Position numbers and translations under genes: made by a program
The notes under the pieces: model-generated
The model's input: the letters and a program-made list of their open reading frames with translations, nothing else
Databases searched by the model: none
Told to the model about the DNA's origin: nothing
In this document: piece after piece, positions 19,602 through 30,761 of the stretch
Layout: the number at the start of each line of letters is the position of its first letter
How positions within the stretch are numbered: the stretch's first letter is position 1
Assembly (NCBI GenBank): GCA_963830365.1
Contig: CAWHMU010000021.1
Location: 16,339-80,338 of the forward strand
DNA length: 64,000 nucleotides
Source of the DNA: an uncultured Chlamydiae bacterium
GTDB taxonomy: Bacteria; Chlamydiota; Chlamydiia; Chlamydiales; Parachlamydiaceae
Direction of reading: 5' to 3'

Positions 19602-21209
19602 TTAGGGCAGGCTGATGGTGGCAGGAGTGCTCAGCGCGCCATTGCCATCCACCGCTATCACCTGATAAGTGTATAACTTTCCTTTTTGCAGGTTATGGTC
19701 CTGATAGGCCAAAGGGGCGTTTGCTTGAACGACGGCGATTTGCAAGCCATCGCGCCAGATGTTATAGGCCACTATCCCCGGTGAGGAGCTGGCAGACCAC
19801 TTCAATTCATCGATGATATCGGCTTGAGTCAGGAAGCTGTTATAGATCTGCCTGCCGGTCAAATTTTGCGGCGGATTCAGAATCGTATTGGCGGTGTATA
19901 CGACTTGGATCGTCTCCGTTGCCAGAGGATCAACCGCCCATACCACCGCCGCGCCGCCAAATTCATTCATGGACAGATGTGGGTACTTTGAGGACGAGCC
20001 TATGGTGGAAAGGAGCTGTGGCGTCCCTAGCCAGGAGTTGGTGGCTTGCGTGTATTGGCTGAAATATACTTGCCCATTTGAGGAATTATCGTCCTTTTCC
20101 CACACCGCATAAGCATTGCCTAGCTTGTCTACCCCGATATTTGGGTGGTTTAAACTATTGCCGGCATCTGTAGTAGCCAGCGGGACAGCAGCTCCCCAGC
20201 TGCCGCCGGTATAACGGCTCGCCAGCACTTTATAGGTATCGGAGACATCAAAAGTTATCCACAGCGCCAGCGCATTGCCGGCATTATCCAAAGCCGTCGC
20301 GACATCAACCAATGTTTCACCAACTGCCGGCACATACACAGATTGCTGACTGCCATATGTCCCGCCAAAAAAAAGCGAAGAGCTGATGCCGAAATCTGAA
20401 TTGTTTTGCCAAAGCAGCATGGCCTGATTTGAGGCGTTCATGGAGACCGCAATCAGAGGCACGCAAGTGTTAAAAAGATCTGTGGAGACGGGCTGCGTAT
20501 TCCACGTCACACCGTCATAATAACTTCCATTGAGTGTGTACACGCCGCCGCCATCCGACCATGCCAGCAGGGCTTGTCCCGAAGGGGAACCTGAAATTGC
20601 CACCCCGGATAAAATATCGGTAGCCGAACTTGCCAGGCTTTGGGGTGCCGACCAGCTGGGGGAAACATACTGACTAATCCTGATAAGTAAATCGCTAAGA
20701 ATTTGACCGCTCCAGGCACCGATGGCTTTGGTGTCGTCATCAAGCGTTATGCCGGTTTGAAAAAAGGACACCACGTTCTCAGTTACCGGATCCGAGAGAG
20801 TCGTCGCGCTGCCCCAACTGTTATTTGTAAGGACGGCCCCGCGCACGATGTCATTGAATGTGCCGTTGTCGAATTCCGTCCATAGCAGGGCGCCATTGCC
20901 GGCGGCATTTACGGCGATGGCATTGATGTTATTGTCTCCCGCTAACGTTATCAGCTGGTATCTGTGCGTATTTTGCACTACCCCCTGCACAAGCTGCGCC
21001 CCTTCTTCATAAAAGGTGGATAAATCGTCCGAGGTGATGGCCGCAATGACGGCGTTGCCGGCGGCATCCACGCCTACCACGGGCTTTTGCGCATATTGCG
21101 TCGAAAAGACATCCACAGGGCCCTGCCAAGCAACCCCAGATAGCATATTGGCACTGCCCACCCCTATAAGAATGGCCGAAATGGATAGCAAGCTAAGCAG
21201 ATTTTTCAT
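19602..21209 (-). CDS. Secreted beta-rich repeat protein with C-terminal fibronectin type III-like domain
   Basis: Signal peptide; repeated (D/N)xxGNAxAxW; C-terminal PPQNL...LKWSAS...YNIWRDG...YTYQVIAVD. Confidence 0.8.
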   Translation of the reverse strand: MKNLLSLLSISAILIGVGSANMLSGVAWQGPVDVFSTQYAQKPVVGVDAAGNAVIAAITSDDLSTFYEEGAQLVQGVVQNTHRYQLITLAGDNNINAIAVNAAGNGALLWTEFDNGTFNDIVRGAVLTNNSWGSATTLSDPVTENVVSFFQTGITLDDDTKAIGAWSGQILSDLLIRISQYVSPSWSAPQSLASSATDILSGVAISGSPSGQALLAWSDGGGVYTLNGSYYDGVTWNTQPVSTDLFNTCVPLIAVSMNASNQAMLLWQNNSDFGISSSLFFGGTYGSQQSVYVPAVGETLVDVATALDNAGNALALWITFDVSDTYKVLASRYTGGSWGAAVPLATTDAGNSLNHPNIGVDKLGNAYAVWEKDDNSSNGQVYFSQYTQATNSWLGTPQLLSTIGSSSKYPHLSMNEFGGAAVVWAVDPLATETIQVVYTANTILNPPQNLTGRQIYNSFLTQADIIDELKWSASSSPGIVAYNIWRDGLQIAVVQANAPLAYQDHNLQKGKLYTYQVIAVDGNGALSTPATISLP

Positions 21210-21527
21210 GGGGGAATCCTTAAACTGATAAAATTATCTTTTTATATAATTTCACTTAATCAAACAACGAGATTTCGTGCCGATACAGGGATTTCTGCAT
21301 AAATGACCACTCAGCCAGTGAGATTAATGAGTTTATATGAGAAAATTGAGAAGTCCCTGTGGCTAAGTGGTGAATGATACCACAAAGCTCCGATATGGAT
21401 CGCTGGCGTGATGAACCTTATATGGCTAGGAATTAAAATTCAATTTCGATTACAATACCACAGATATAATTCATTTTTCACAGCATATAACAATAAAACC
21501 GCAGTTTTACAAACAAAGGACATTAAC

Positions 21528-22898
21528 ATGCATCATTCCCCTTTATTGCCGATTAAAGCCATTATTTTCGACTGTGACGGTACGTTGATCGACAATGAAG
21601 GTTCATATTTCTTTGCTTGGCAAAAAGTGGTGCTCGACCGCAATCACTTTTTCTCCATCGATGATTATATCCAATGCATGGGCAGCGCCAATCCGCTGAC
21701 GGCCCAACGGCTGGCTGCCAAGATGAACGCCCCTTCAGCCGAAGCGCTGCTCGCCGAATGCCGGGCCAATTACCGCGCACATGCCAAAAATGGCCTGAAG
21801 CCTATTCAACATACGGTGGATTTCGTGTTGAAATTAGCGGCAGCAAAAGACCGGCTGGGGATCAAGCTTGCCGTAGCCTCGGCCGGCAACAAAGAGGAAA
21901 TCCTGCGCAGCCTAAGACAGATCGGTATCGACGGCCTTTTCGATGCCATCATCTCCGGACAAGATGATCTGCACGACTATAACGACCCGCAAGGCGTAAA
22001 CAAACCTAGCCCCTATATCTATTGGCATACCGCTAAAGTACTAGGCGTCGAACCTGCCGCCTGTGTGGTCGTCGAAGACAGCCTGCCCGGCTTGACAGCC
22101 GGCGTAAGGGCAGGCTGCTTCACCGTGGCTATCCCCACCCCTTCAACCAAAATCCAGGACATGTCGGCCACCGATCTGAAATTCAAATCCCTTGAAAATC
22201 TATCTGTCGAGCAGTTTTTCCAGCTAGTGCAGGAAAAGCTCCTGCAAAAATCCGCCAAACAAACGCCTACAGTCATTTTCCTAAACGGCACCAGCAGCGC
22301 CGGCAAAACAAGTATCGTCCAGCACCTGCAAGCGCAATTAGACCAGCCGTTTATGCATGTGGGCATCGACCACTTCCTCTTCATGCTCCCCTCGCGCTAC
22401 CGGATGGATGGCGCAGAGTCACACTTGGGCTATTGCTTTGCAAGGCAAGACGACCATGAAGGCGCCAAAATCTCTATTTCGAAGGGATCTTACGGCCATA
22501 AAGTAAATGCCGCCATGCGCAGCTCAATGCAGCATCTGCTGACGCAGGGTTTCAATTTGATCATCGATGAAGTCCTGTTTGCCGAAGACGACTTCCATGC
22601 CTACCTGGAGCTTTTGCAAGACTATAAAGTCTTTTTCGTCGCCGTCAAACCGCCTGTTGATGTGGCTGCGGAACGAGAAAAAGCCCGCGGCAGCCGCATG
22701 CTCGGTCTGGCCAGAGGGGTATATGATGACGTTTATCGCAACAAAACTTTCGACATCGAAATTGACACCTCTCACTTGCAGCCTGAAGAGGCTGCATACC
22801 AAATTGTCCAGCATATGCAGGCACACCCACTGCCTCAGGCCTTCCAACATAACATCGCGGCTCACCTGCAGAGGGTAAACGCCGGAGGAGCGGTATAG
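21528..22898 (+). CDS. Fusion of a HAD phosphatase and a chloramphenicol phosphotransferase-like P-loop kinase
   Basis: N-terminal FDCDGTLID...KPSP...VEDS; C-terminal LNGTSSAGKTS...IIDEV...REKARG...DIEIDTS; start after AAGGA. Confidence 0.85.
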   Translation: MHHSPLLPIKAIIFDCDGTLIDNEGSYFFAWQKVVLDRNHFFSIDDYIQCMGSANPLTAQRLAAKMNAPSAEALLAECRANYRAHAKNGLKPIQHTVDFVLKLAAAKDRLGIKLAVASAGNKEEILRSLRQIGIDGLFDAIISGQDDLHDYNDPQGVNKPSPYIYWHTAKVLGVEPAACVVVEDSLPGLTAGVRAGCFTVAIPTPSTKIQDMSATDLKFKSLENLSVEQFFQLVQEKLLQKSAKQTPTVIFLNGTSSAGKTSIVQHLQAQLDQPFMHVGIDHFLFMLPSRYRMDGAESHLGYCFARQDDHEGAKISISKGSYGHKVNAAMRSSMQHLLTQGFNLIIDEVLFAEDDFHAYLELLQDYKVFFVAVKPPVDVAAEREKARGSRMLGLARGVYDDVYRNKTFDIEIDTSHLQPEEAAYQIVQHMQAHPLPQAFQHNIAAHLQRVNAGGAV

Positions 22899-23180
22899 GT
22901 GCGGTGTTTATCCTGATCACTCTAATATCTTGCTATTTTTTGGCCTTATTCACCTTCATTGGGAAAATGTTCGGTCACGATAAACTCACTTCTCCTCTCT
23001 CTGCGGGCTCTGTGGTTTTAAAAATTCACCATCACAGAGATCACAGAGAGGGGCTTGCCGGAATCAGGCTACCACAGCACAGAAAACAATTATTTCATCG
23101 TTGGAACGCCATAAAACGCATTGCCTAATTATTGATTACTGTGACACTCTTTGCAAAAAATCCAACTTGGCTAAAAAAAA

Positions 23181-24113
23181 ATGCAATTTTACCACGAACT
23201 TATGCAGCGTTATCATTTCACTCTAAAATTGATCATCTGTCTTTTCGCTATTTGCCAACTATTTATTTTCCCTAGTATGGTATCTGCCAAGACACGCTAT
23301 GCTTATGACATCGCTATCTGTGCAATTTTCCGCGATGAAGCGCCCTATCTCAAAGAGTGGATTGAGTTTCATAAGCTGGTCGGTGTGCAACATTTTTATT
23401 TGTATAATAATTTAAGCACCGATGATTATCTAAGCATTTTAACTCCCTATATTGAGAGTAATGAGGTTGAGCTTACAGAGTGGCCTTTTGCCGCTGATTG
23501 CCCAATACGCTGGTATGAGATTCAGACCAGCGCTTACAATAACGCCCTAAAAAAAGCTTTATATAAAAGCAAATGGATTGCCGCACTTGACACCGATGAA
23601 TTTTTATTCCCAATGAATACAGACAGTCTGGTGACATTTTTAAAACGTTACGAAAAATATGGCGGATTATGTGTTAATTGGCAGATGTTCGGTTCTTCAG
23701 GAATTTGGCAAATCCCATCAGATAAGCTACTAATAGAAATGCTAACGCTAGGCGCAGAAAAGCACGACAGTGATAATCTTAATGTGAAAACAATTGCCCG
23801 GCCAGAATGTGTGGCGTACTGTCCGTTATGCCCGCATTATTTTATTTATCACCATGGCTTTTTCCAGGTCACCGAGAACAAACAAGCTTTTGAAGGCGCA
23901 TTTCCTCCATGCATTAGCGTAGATAAAATTAGAATCAACCACTACTGGAGTCGAAATGAAGAGTTCTTCTATCGAACCAAAGTAAATCGACGCAATCAAT
24001 TAGGAGAGCAAAACCAAGAAGCCATCATTCGTCACAATCGTATGAATAAAAAAGAATCGACCGAAATTCTGCGCTTTGTACCGGCCCTGCGCAAGAAAAT
24101 GCATTTATCTTAA
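23181..24113 (+). CDS. Glycosyltransferase, GT92/DUF23-like
   Basis: ICAIFRDEAPYLKEWIEFH, YNNLSTD, LDTDEF, RINHYW. Confidence 0.88.
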   Translation: MQFYHELMQRYHFTLKLIICLFAICQLFIFPSMVSAKTRYAYDIAICAIFRDEAPYLKEWIEFHKLVGVQHFYLYNNLSTDDYLSILTPYIESNEVELTEWPFAADCPIRWYEIQTSAYNNALKKALYKSKWIAALDTDEFLFPMNTDSLVTFLKRYEKYGGLCVNWQMFGSSGIWQIPSDKLLIEMLTLGAEKHDSDNLNVKTIARPECVAYCPLCPHYFIYHHGFFQVTENKQAFEGAFPPCISVDKIRINHYWSRNEEFFYRTKVNRRNQLGEQNQEAIIRHNRMNKKESTEILRFVPALRKKMHLS

Positions 24114-24302
24114 TGCTTGGGGAAGGCTCCCCCGATCACCCCTAGGAAGTTGGTTTTGGAATATCATTTCTGAGTATGGATGAATCGGGGAATTTCAAAG
24201 GCTCGCGCGCATAAAAGTTGTTGCCCACTAGCCCGAGTTTCCTTGTTATTTTCTGAGTCTGATGTAAGATTCTGGTCTGCAGCCGGTTATGTTTTTCGCT
24301 AG

Positions 24303-24386
24303 ATTACCCTCTTCGGTATAGAATTTGATGGCAAAGCCGCGTACATCGCGTTCAACATCGGCCACGCCCACTTCTCCTGCGACAGT
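24303..24386 (-). pseudogene. Isolated heme catalase gene fragment
   Basis: [28 protein letters not shown] matches the conserved monofunctional catalase segment; flanks are not catalase-like. Confidence 0.8.
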
Positions 24387-24676
24387 CAACACTAAAATCC
24401 TATCGCTGCGGCTAACGATAAATTGAAGGCAGTGATGCCTGGATGGCAAACCAGACAAAATGTTGTGCTTCCCAGCCAGATACGCCCTTATCTGCAAAAG
24501 CATCTTTCTGAAGATTATAACAAACGTCTCTTTGGCGCTGTGCCGATCAGTTACCTGCTTTTGAACCATGCCGAAAAATGGGCAAAAATGAGTGTGTTCG
24601 GTGGCTTAATTACCTTGTCAGTCAAATATTTTTTTGCTATGCAAAATAATTACATCATCCTAGCCCAAGGTTTTTT

Positions 24677-26329
24677 ATGCCCATTCTTTCACGCAAAGCC
24701 AGGTTGGCAGCATGCTATAGCTCTATCGGCTTTCTGTTTTCAATGCTGCTGATACAGCCCGCCTCAGCAGAAGAAGCAAATACACAAAAAGCCAAAAAAC
24801 CCAATATCATCATGATCATGACCGATGACGTCGGTTATGGCGATCTCGGCAGCTACGGCGGTGGCGAAAACCGCGGCTGCCTGACACCCCACCTGGACCG
24901 CATGGCGGCGGAAGGCTTGCGCTTCACAAACTACTATGGACAAGCCAGCTGCACGGCAGGCAGAGCCTCTTTCATCACCGGCCGCATCCCGCTGCGCACC
25001 GGCCTATCGACAGTGCTGGCGCCTGGCGACCTCAACGGCTTGAAGAAAGACGATCCAACCGTCGCCGAAGCTTTGCAAAAGCTTGGCTACCGCACAGCGC
25101 AATGGGGAAAATGGCATTTGGGCGACCGCCCCGAAAACTTCCCCACAGCCCATGGCTTTGACGAGATGAAATATATGCTGCCGTACTATGCCGGCGTGTA
25201 TGCTTACGACTATCTGCCGCTGCAGCCAGATTTTCCGGTGCACAACAAGGCCTTCATGGAAGTTTGGAATCAGCTGGACTTAAGCCAGTGGGAAGGCAAA
25301 GCCGGCCAAGACCCAAAGGTCATGAAGAAAAAATTCAGCTATGAAGATCTGGCGACAGTCGACGACATCATCCGCGAAGATGCCGTTAAATACATCAAAG
25401 CGCACGCCAATGATGAAGACCCCTTCTTCATGTATGTATGCTTCATGAAAGTCCACAATCCAAACAACCCCTCTCCCCGCTTCAAAGGCAAATCGATGGG
25501 CGGCGGCAACTATCTGGATGCCCTGATGGAGCTGGATGACAATTCAGGACAGCTCCTGCAGGCAGTGCGCGAAGCTAAAATTGATAAAAACACGCTTGTC
25601 GTCTGGACCACCGACAATGGCGCCTGGATCGATGCCTGGCCGGACGCCGGCTACACCCCTTTCCGCGGCATGAAAGGCACAAGCTTCGAAGGGGGCTTCC
25701 GCTGCCCGGCAATTGTTTGGTGGCCCGGACATATCAAAGCCGGCAGCGTTGCCAACCAGATGATGAGCCACATGGACTGGTGGCCGACATTTGTCAAATT
25801 GGCCGGCGGCACACCACCGACGCGCATCTGGAAGGACAATTTCGGCAAGGATATCGTCTTTGACGGCATTGAAAACAGCGACTTCATCCTTGGCAAAGGC
25901 CCGTCAAAGCGCAACTCTTTCATCTATACCAACGACCTGTCATTTGGCGGCATCCGCGTGGATAATTTCAAGATCCTCTATACTGCCAAAGACACCTGGC
26001 TGGGCCCTGAGTTGAACCTGGCCTTTCCGGCGGTATACAACCTGTGGTGGGATCCCGGCGAATGCTACGACTGCTGTTTTAACGGCGCCGCTCCCACGCG
26101 CGGTGATCTGAAAACCTCACCCGGCAGATTCTCGGGCAGCGACCACGGCTGGATCGGCATCTTGACCCAACCTTATTTAGCACCGTTCTTTGAAGAACTC
26201 GTCAAATACCCGAACCGTCCCACTATCCCCTCGGCGGGATCGACAAACCAGCTGGTGGAACAGGTGAACAACCCGGCCCAACTAAAACGCCTGCTACTGC
26301 TTTTAGAGCCCTCATACCAAAACAAGTAG
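24677..26329 (+). CDS. Arylsulfatase (Cys-type)
   Basis: KPNII..TDDVG, SCTAGR, GKWHLG, TTDNG, SHMDWWPT; signal peptide. Confidence 0.93.
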   Translation: MPILSRKARLAACYSSIGFLFSMLLIQPASAEEANTQKAKKPNIIMIMTDDVGYGDLGSYGGGENRGCLTPHLDRMAAEGLRFTNYYGQASCTAGRASFITGRIPLRTGLSTVLAPGDLNGLKKDDPTVAEALQKLGYRTAQWGKWHLGDRPENFPTAHGFDEMKYMLPYYAGVYAYDYLPLQPDFPVHNKAFMEVWNQLDLSQWEGKAGQDPKVMKKKFSYEDLATVDDIIREDAVKYIKAHANDEDPFFMYVCFMKVHNPNNPSPRFKGKSMGGGNYLDALMELDDNSGQLLQAVREAKIDKNTLVVWTTDNGAWIDAWPDAGYTPFRGMKGTSFEGGFRCPAIVWWPGHIKAGSVANQMMSHMDWWPTFVKLAGGTPPTRIWKDNFGKDIVFDGIENSDFILGKGPSKRNSFIYTNDLSFGGIRVDNFKILYTAKDTWLGPELNLAFPAVYNLWWDPGECYDCCFNGAAPTRGDLKTSPGRFSGSDHGWIGILTQPYLAPFFEELVKYPNRPTIPSAGSTNQLVEQVNNPAQLKRLLLLLEPSYQNK

Positions 26330-26342
26330 CTAAGGAAAATAT

Positions 26343-27350
26343 ATGTCATATCATAGAAACTCTCTAAAGCATCTCCTTGCCAGCATCCTACTATGTCTTG
26401 CGTTGTTTTCCCATCCGCTAGCTATGGCTGCTGATGACCCCCTCCCCTCCTGGCATGATGGCGTCGCCAAGCAGGCCATCTTGACTTTCGTCAACGAAAC
26501 GACAGCCAAGGGCAGTCCGTCATTTATCCCTGCAGAAGACAGAATCGCCACCTTCGACCAGGATGGCACGCTATGGGTGGAACAGCCGATCTATACCCAG
26601 ATGGCCTACGCCTTTGAAGACATCAAAACACTGGCGCCAGCACATCCGGAATGGAGAGACAAAGAGCCCTTTAAAGCTATCCTGGCTGGCGATAAAAAAG
26701 CCATCGCCGACCTTAACGAGCATAGCATCGAAGAGATCATCGCCGTCACACATGCCGGCATGAGCATCGACAGCTTCCATCAAAGTGTCGCCCAATGGCT
26801 AAAAACAGCCCTCCACCCACGCTTTAAAAAGCTCTATACCGATCTCATCTACCAGCCCATGCTGGAAGTCATGCAGCTGCTGCGCACACACGGCTTCAAG
26901 GTCTATATCGTGTCTGGCGGCGGACAGGAATTCATCCGCGCCTACGGCGATAAAGTTTATGGCACGCCGCCCGAGCAGGTTATCGGCACGGCCGGCAAAA
27001 TCAAATACGCATATCAAGATGGAAAGCCGGCATTGTTGAAACTGCCGGAAATACTGCTGATCGACAACTTTGCCGGCAAACCGGAAACCATCAACCTGAT
27101 CATCGGCAAGCGCCCGGTTGCCGCCTTCGGCAATTCCGACGGCGACCGCCAAATGCTCGAATGGACCCAAGGCGGCTCAGGTAAAAGACTTGAACTGCTA
27201 GTCAGCCATGACGATGCCGCGCGCGAATACGCCTACGGCGCAGACTCCAAAGTCGGCACCTTCTCCGACTCCCTAAAGGCCGAAGCCAAAAAGAAAGGCT
27301 GGATTGTCGTCAGTATGAAAAACGACTGGAAAGTTATCTTCCCAAAATAA
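26343..27350 (+). CDS. Secreted HAD-like hydrolase / nonspecific acid phosphatase
   Basis: DPLPSW, FDQDGTLWVEQP, VSGGG, FGNSDGD. Confidence 0.9.
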   Translation: MSYHRNSLKHLLASILLCLALFSHPLAMAADDPLPSWHDGVAKQAILTFVNETTAKGSPSFIPAEDRIATFDQDGTLWVEQPIYTQMAYAFEDIKTLAPAHPEWRDKEPFKAILAGDKKAIADLNEHSIEEIIAVTHAGMSIDSFHQSVAQWLKTALHPRFKKLYTDLIYQPMLEVMQLLRTHGFKVYIVSGGGQEFIRAYGDKVYGTPPEQVIGTAGKIKYAYQDGKPALLKLPEILLIDNFAGKPETINLIIGKRPVAAFGNSDGDRQMLEWTQGGSGKRLELLVSHDDAAREYAYGADSKVGTFSDSLKAEAKKKGWIVVSMKNDWKVIFPK

Positions 27351-27383
27351 AAAAACTCACCGCCCCTTGCGGGGCGGTGAGTT
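27349..27383. terminator. Terminator between convergent genes
   Basis: aactcaccgcccc-ttgc-ggggcggtgagtt with an A run on the left (U tract on the minus strand). Confidence 0.8.
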
Positions 27384-27425
27384 AGACTTGGTATGGTCGC
27401 TTAACTTAGACTTCAATCTCAACTT

Positions 27426-28361
27426 TTAAGCGGCTCTGAGCGCGGCCGGGACTGAGCGGACTTGGGCTGGAGACGGATACGACATGTAGAAGACACCGCC
27501 TGCCAAGGCCAGTTTTTTTGCCGCCAGCCAGCATTTTCCGGCTTTATGACTCAGCCAGTTTTCCGACTTTATATTTACGACATTTTTTTCAGTCGTAACT
27601 ATTTTTTTAGGCACACTCAGTACATCATGGCAAGCACTGATAGTCAGACCGATACTGGCCGCAATACCAACGACGGCGGTATTGTTTTTTACCGTTTCAA
27701 TTGTCCAGCTTACCATTCCGGGGAGTGTGCTTGCAGCCACTTTACCTACCTTATAGGCGACACCCGCAGCGGTCGATGCCGCCGAATGGGCCGCATCGCA
27801 CGTCAATTCAGAAATACTTCTTAAAGTCACCCCTTCGGCTGCAGCCATATAACCGCTAACCGTGCTTACTTTGCTCATGGCTCCAGCTGCTACCGTTACA
27901 GGCAGTAATAATTTACCGGTGGCTGTCCAGAGCTCTTTTACTGCGTCGCCAATCCTTTCGCCTAATGCTTTATCTTCATGAACCACCACGGTAGCACCAT
28001 TGATCACGATTTCTTTAGTCTTCGTGCCTGCCGATAGATTATGACAGGCGCTTTCCAAATTGTTGATCCCCAGCACAAATTTGGCCGCACTAGCCGTATT
28101 GGATACAGCCCCAGAAGCTAAATCACATGCGCCACCAACCACACCTCTTACAGCACCCTTTGCCATATTTAAGGGCAAGCTGGCCACGGCCCCTAAAACG
28201 CCAACTGAAGCTGCAGCGGTTTTCTTTGTTATGAAATAGCCGGCAGCCGCTGTATTTCTTACCATAGCCCCGGTCGCTCTTACCGCTAAAGAGGTGGCAT
28301 TCACTGTTTGTCTGGCCAAGAAGCTCGACGGAGTAGTAACTATAGATCTTAGAGAAACCAC
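27426..28361 (-). CDS. Ala/Val/Thr-rich hypothetical membrane protein
   Basis: Long ORF; GTG start placed after GGAG; several hydrophobic segments. Confidence 0.7.
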   Translation of the reverse strand: MVSLRSIVTTPSSFLARQTVNATSLAVRATGAMVRNTAAAGYFITKKTAAASVGVLGAVASLPLNMAKGAVRGVVGGACDLASGAVSNTASAAKFVLGINNLESACHNLSAGTKTKEIVINGATVVVHEDKALGERIGDAVKELWTATGKLLLPVTVAAGAMSKVSTVSGYMAAAEGVTLRSISELTCDAAHSAASTAAGVAYKVGKVAASTLPGMVSWTIETVKNNTAVVGIAASIGLTISACHDVLSVPKKIVTTEKNVVNIKSENWLSHKAGKCWLAAKKLALAGGVFYMSYPSPAQVRSVPAALRAA

Positions 28362-28478
28362 ATAAACTCCTTTTATTAATTTTATATTTATATTTATATT
28401 ATCAGTTCGTAAAATCAATTATAGCAAACAAATATAAAGAATTGATAAATATACATATTTTTTTAAATTATTTTAATG

Positions 28479-28978
28479 TGGGTCATCACACAAATGATTG
28501 GTTGACAGAGATGACTACTCAAGAACTTATGACGTGAAAGGACTTTGAGGGTTGGGGTCAGGCTTGTGATTTGTGATTTTAAAATCCTAAATACATTAGA
28601 AAGCCCGACTCATTTCAAATCGCAAATCGCAAGCCTGACCTCAATCCGTTCAGCCAAAGCCTACATTATGAGTTTTTGAGGTTCATCCGGTTTTATAGGA
28701 CCCACCTAGAAAAGGATGCATAGAAATGGGGAAATGTAGGTAACACATCGGAGCAAAAATAACAGGATATTAGGATGGACAGGATGAAAGATTTAAACTT
28801 TAGTTTGTCAACTTTGCGATTTACGTAGGTCTTGGGTGATCATCCTATTTTTCATATCCTGACCATCGTAATATCCTGTTATTTTTGCTTGCGCTTTTCT
28901 CTTTACAAGTTCTGCAAAACCGGAAGAACCGTTTTTGAGATGTTAGCTCTGTCAACCAATCGTTTGTGTGATGACCCA
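28479..28978. repeat. Nested palindromic element cluster A
   Basis: 32-bp outer inverted repeat 28479-28510/28947-28978 enclosing IR pairs 28518/28680, 28552/28644 and 28752/28889. Confidence 0.85.
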
Positions 28979-29631
28979 TGCTTCAAACTTCGACTATACA
29001 ATTTACACAAACTCAACCACTCATTTGTGTGATGAACCAAAAATTTGAATAGTTTTTCAAAGATTATATCAAATTTTTCTAATAAAAATGGCTGGGTGGA
29101 CTGGCCGCGATGAATGAAAGAATGCAATATGCTGACTTTGCAGCGTAAACTGCAGATATGCAAGCTTCGACGCAGACCAGACGTCAAATTCTCACAAAAT
29201 CACGCAATAAACTGCACACGGTCTAATTCTGCATAAAAAAATATGCATTACCTAACCTGATTGAGCCTAGAAACGGCAGTTGCGCTGGGAAAATCTGCCG
29301 TTTCTAGGTTGAATGAAGCCTTGGTAGCTAAAAAGGCATCTGGGAGAAATACGAAAAATCGTTTGGATTTTGAAGCCGGCGTATTGGGGGCTGTGGCCTT
29401 CTACTAGGTATTTGCACTTGCATGCCGCCTATAGTTAGCGTAACAGCCTAAAGTGGTCCCCTTTGTCTAGACAAAAAATGGGAAAAGTTAAGCTAATAAC
29501 CTCAAGTTTTTGTTGTTCTTGCAGCTAAAGGGGGAGTTTGAGGGGGCTTGCCCCCTCAAGTTCCTTTAAAAATCAAGGTAATCCAAGTCCAACGAAGGCG
29601 GAAGGGGGGTAAGGGGGCTTGCCCCCTTTTC

Positions 29632-30474
29632 CTAAAGGCTCTGCCTAGAAAAATACACCTCCGCAGGCGTTTTATAACCCAGTCCTTGGTGTGGCCTGCT
29701 CTCGTTGTAAAACTTAAAATAACTCTTAAGTCCATTACGGACATCTTTTAAGCTTTCATACCCTTTTGGATAAATCTCTTCATACTTCACGCTTCTCCAG
29801 AGCCTTTCAATAAACACATTATCAAGGGCTCTGCCTTTTCCATCCATACTGATTCTGACTCCGCCTGCTTCTAATCTCTCTACAAACCGACAGCAGGTGA
29901 ATTGAACTCCTTGGTCTGTGTTGAATATCTCAGGACTAGCTCGAGAAAGCCCTCTTTCTAATGCATTAATGCAAAATTCCGCATCCAGCAGATTCGAAAG
30001 TTCCCATTCGATCACATACCTGCTAAACCAATCGATGATCGCAAAAAGGTATCCAAATCCTTTCAACAAAGGAACGTAGGTGATATCTGCAGCCCATGCC
30101 AAATCGGGTTTATCTACTACAATCCCTCTTAGTAGGTAAGGAAACTTTTTATGCTCCTTATTTGCCGCACTCAGATTGGGCTTGGGATAGATTGCTTCTA
30201 AACCCATTGTCTGCATCGCCGTTCGAATCCTTTTTCCTCCTACAAAAAAACCTTGAGCTCTCATTGCTATCGTCATCCGTCTTCTTCCATAGAAGGGAGT
30301 TTGAAGATATTGTTCATCAATAGCCCGCATGAGTGCCAAATCTTCCTCGTTGGGCTGTTTGGCCTTATAATACAACCCAGATCGTGACATTCCAAGCAAA
30401 TGACACTGACTTGATAGCGACAACTTCTTATGATCTGGCTCTATTAGAAGTCGTCGAGAATTTAAGTCAAACAT
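29632..30474 (-). CDS. IS3 transposase OrfB (DDE integrase core)
   Basis: WAADITY, NTDQGVQF, DNVFIERLWRSVKYE; A8G slippery site at about 30480-30488. Confidence 0.95.
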   Translation of the reverse strand: MFDLNSRRLLIEPDHKKLSLSSQCHLLGMSRSGLYYKAKQPNEEDLALMRAIDEQYLQTPFYGRRRMTIAMRAQGFFVGGKRIRTAMQTMGLEAIYPKPNLSAANKEHKKFPYLLRGIVVDKPDLAWAADITYVPLLKGFGYLFAIIDWFSRYVIEWELSNLLDAEFCINALERGLSRASPEIFNTDQGVQFTCCRFVERLEAGGVRISMDGKGRALDNVFIERLWRSVKYEEIYPKGYESLKDVRNGLKSYFKFYNESRPHQGLGYKTPAEVYFSRQSL

Positions 30475-30761
30475 CCTAACTTTTTTTTAAGCCACTCCAC
30501 CTCCATTTTAAGACGTCCGATTTGCTCGAAAAGTTCTGCCTTTTCTTTAACTTCCTGTGCTGTCCCAGTCATCTTGCTCGGTTTTTCAAATACAGTTGTG
30601 GCAGTTGATAAAAAGTGTTTTTTCCACTCCGACAACACGATAGGATGCACTCCCAGTTCACCGGATAATTGACTTGCAGTCTTTTCTCCCTTCAAAATCT
30701 CAAGCACGGCTTTGACTTTAAATTCTGGGGGATATTTTTTTCTTGTTCGGCTCATTTTCAC
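30462..30761 (-). CDS. IS3 transposase OrfA (HTH)
   Basis: RKKYPPEFKVKAVLE...WKK...IGRLKMEVEWLKKK. Confidence 0.93.
   Translation of the reverse strand: MKMSRTRKKYPPEFKVKAVLEILKGEKTASQLSGELGVHPIVLSEWKKHFLSTATTVFEKPSKMTGTAQEVKEKAELFEQIGRLKMEVEWLKKKLGCLT

Noticed and set aside
22260..22898. Chloramphenicol resistance gene
   Set aside because: The CPT-like fold is widespread and the substrate cannot be inferred from sequence
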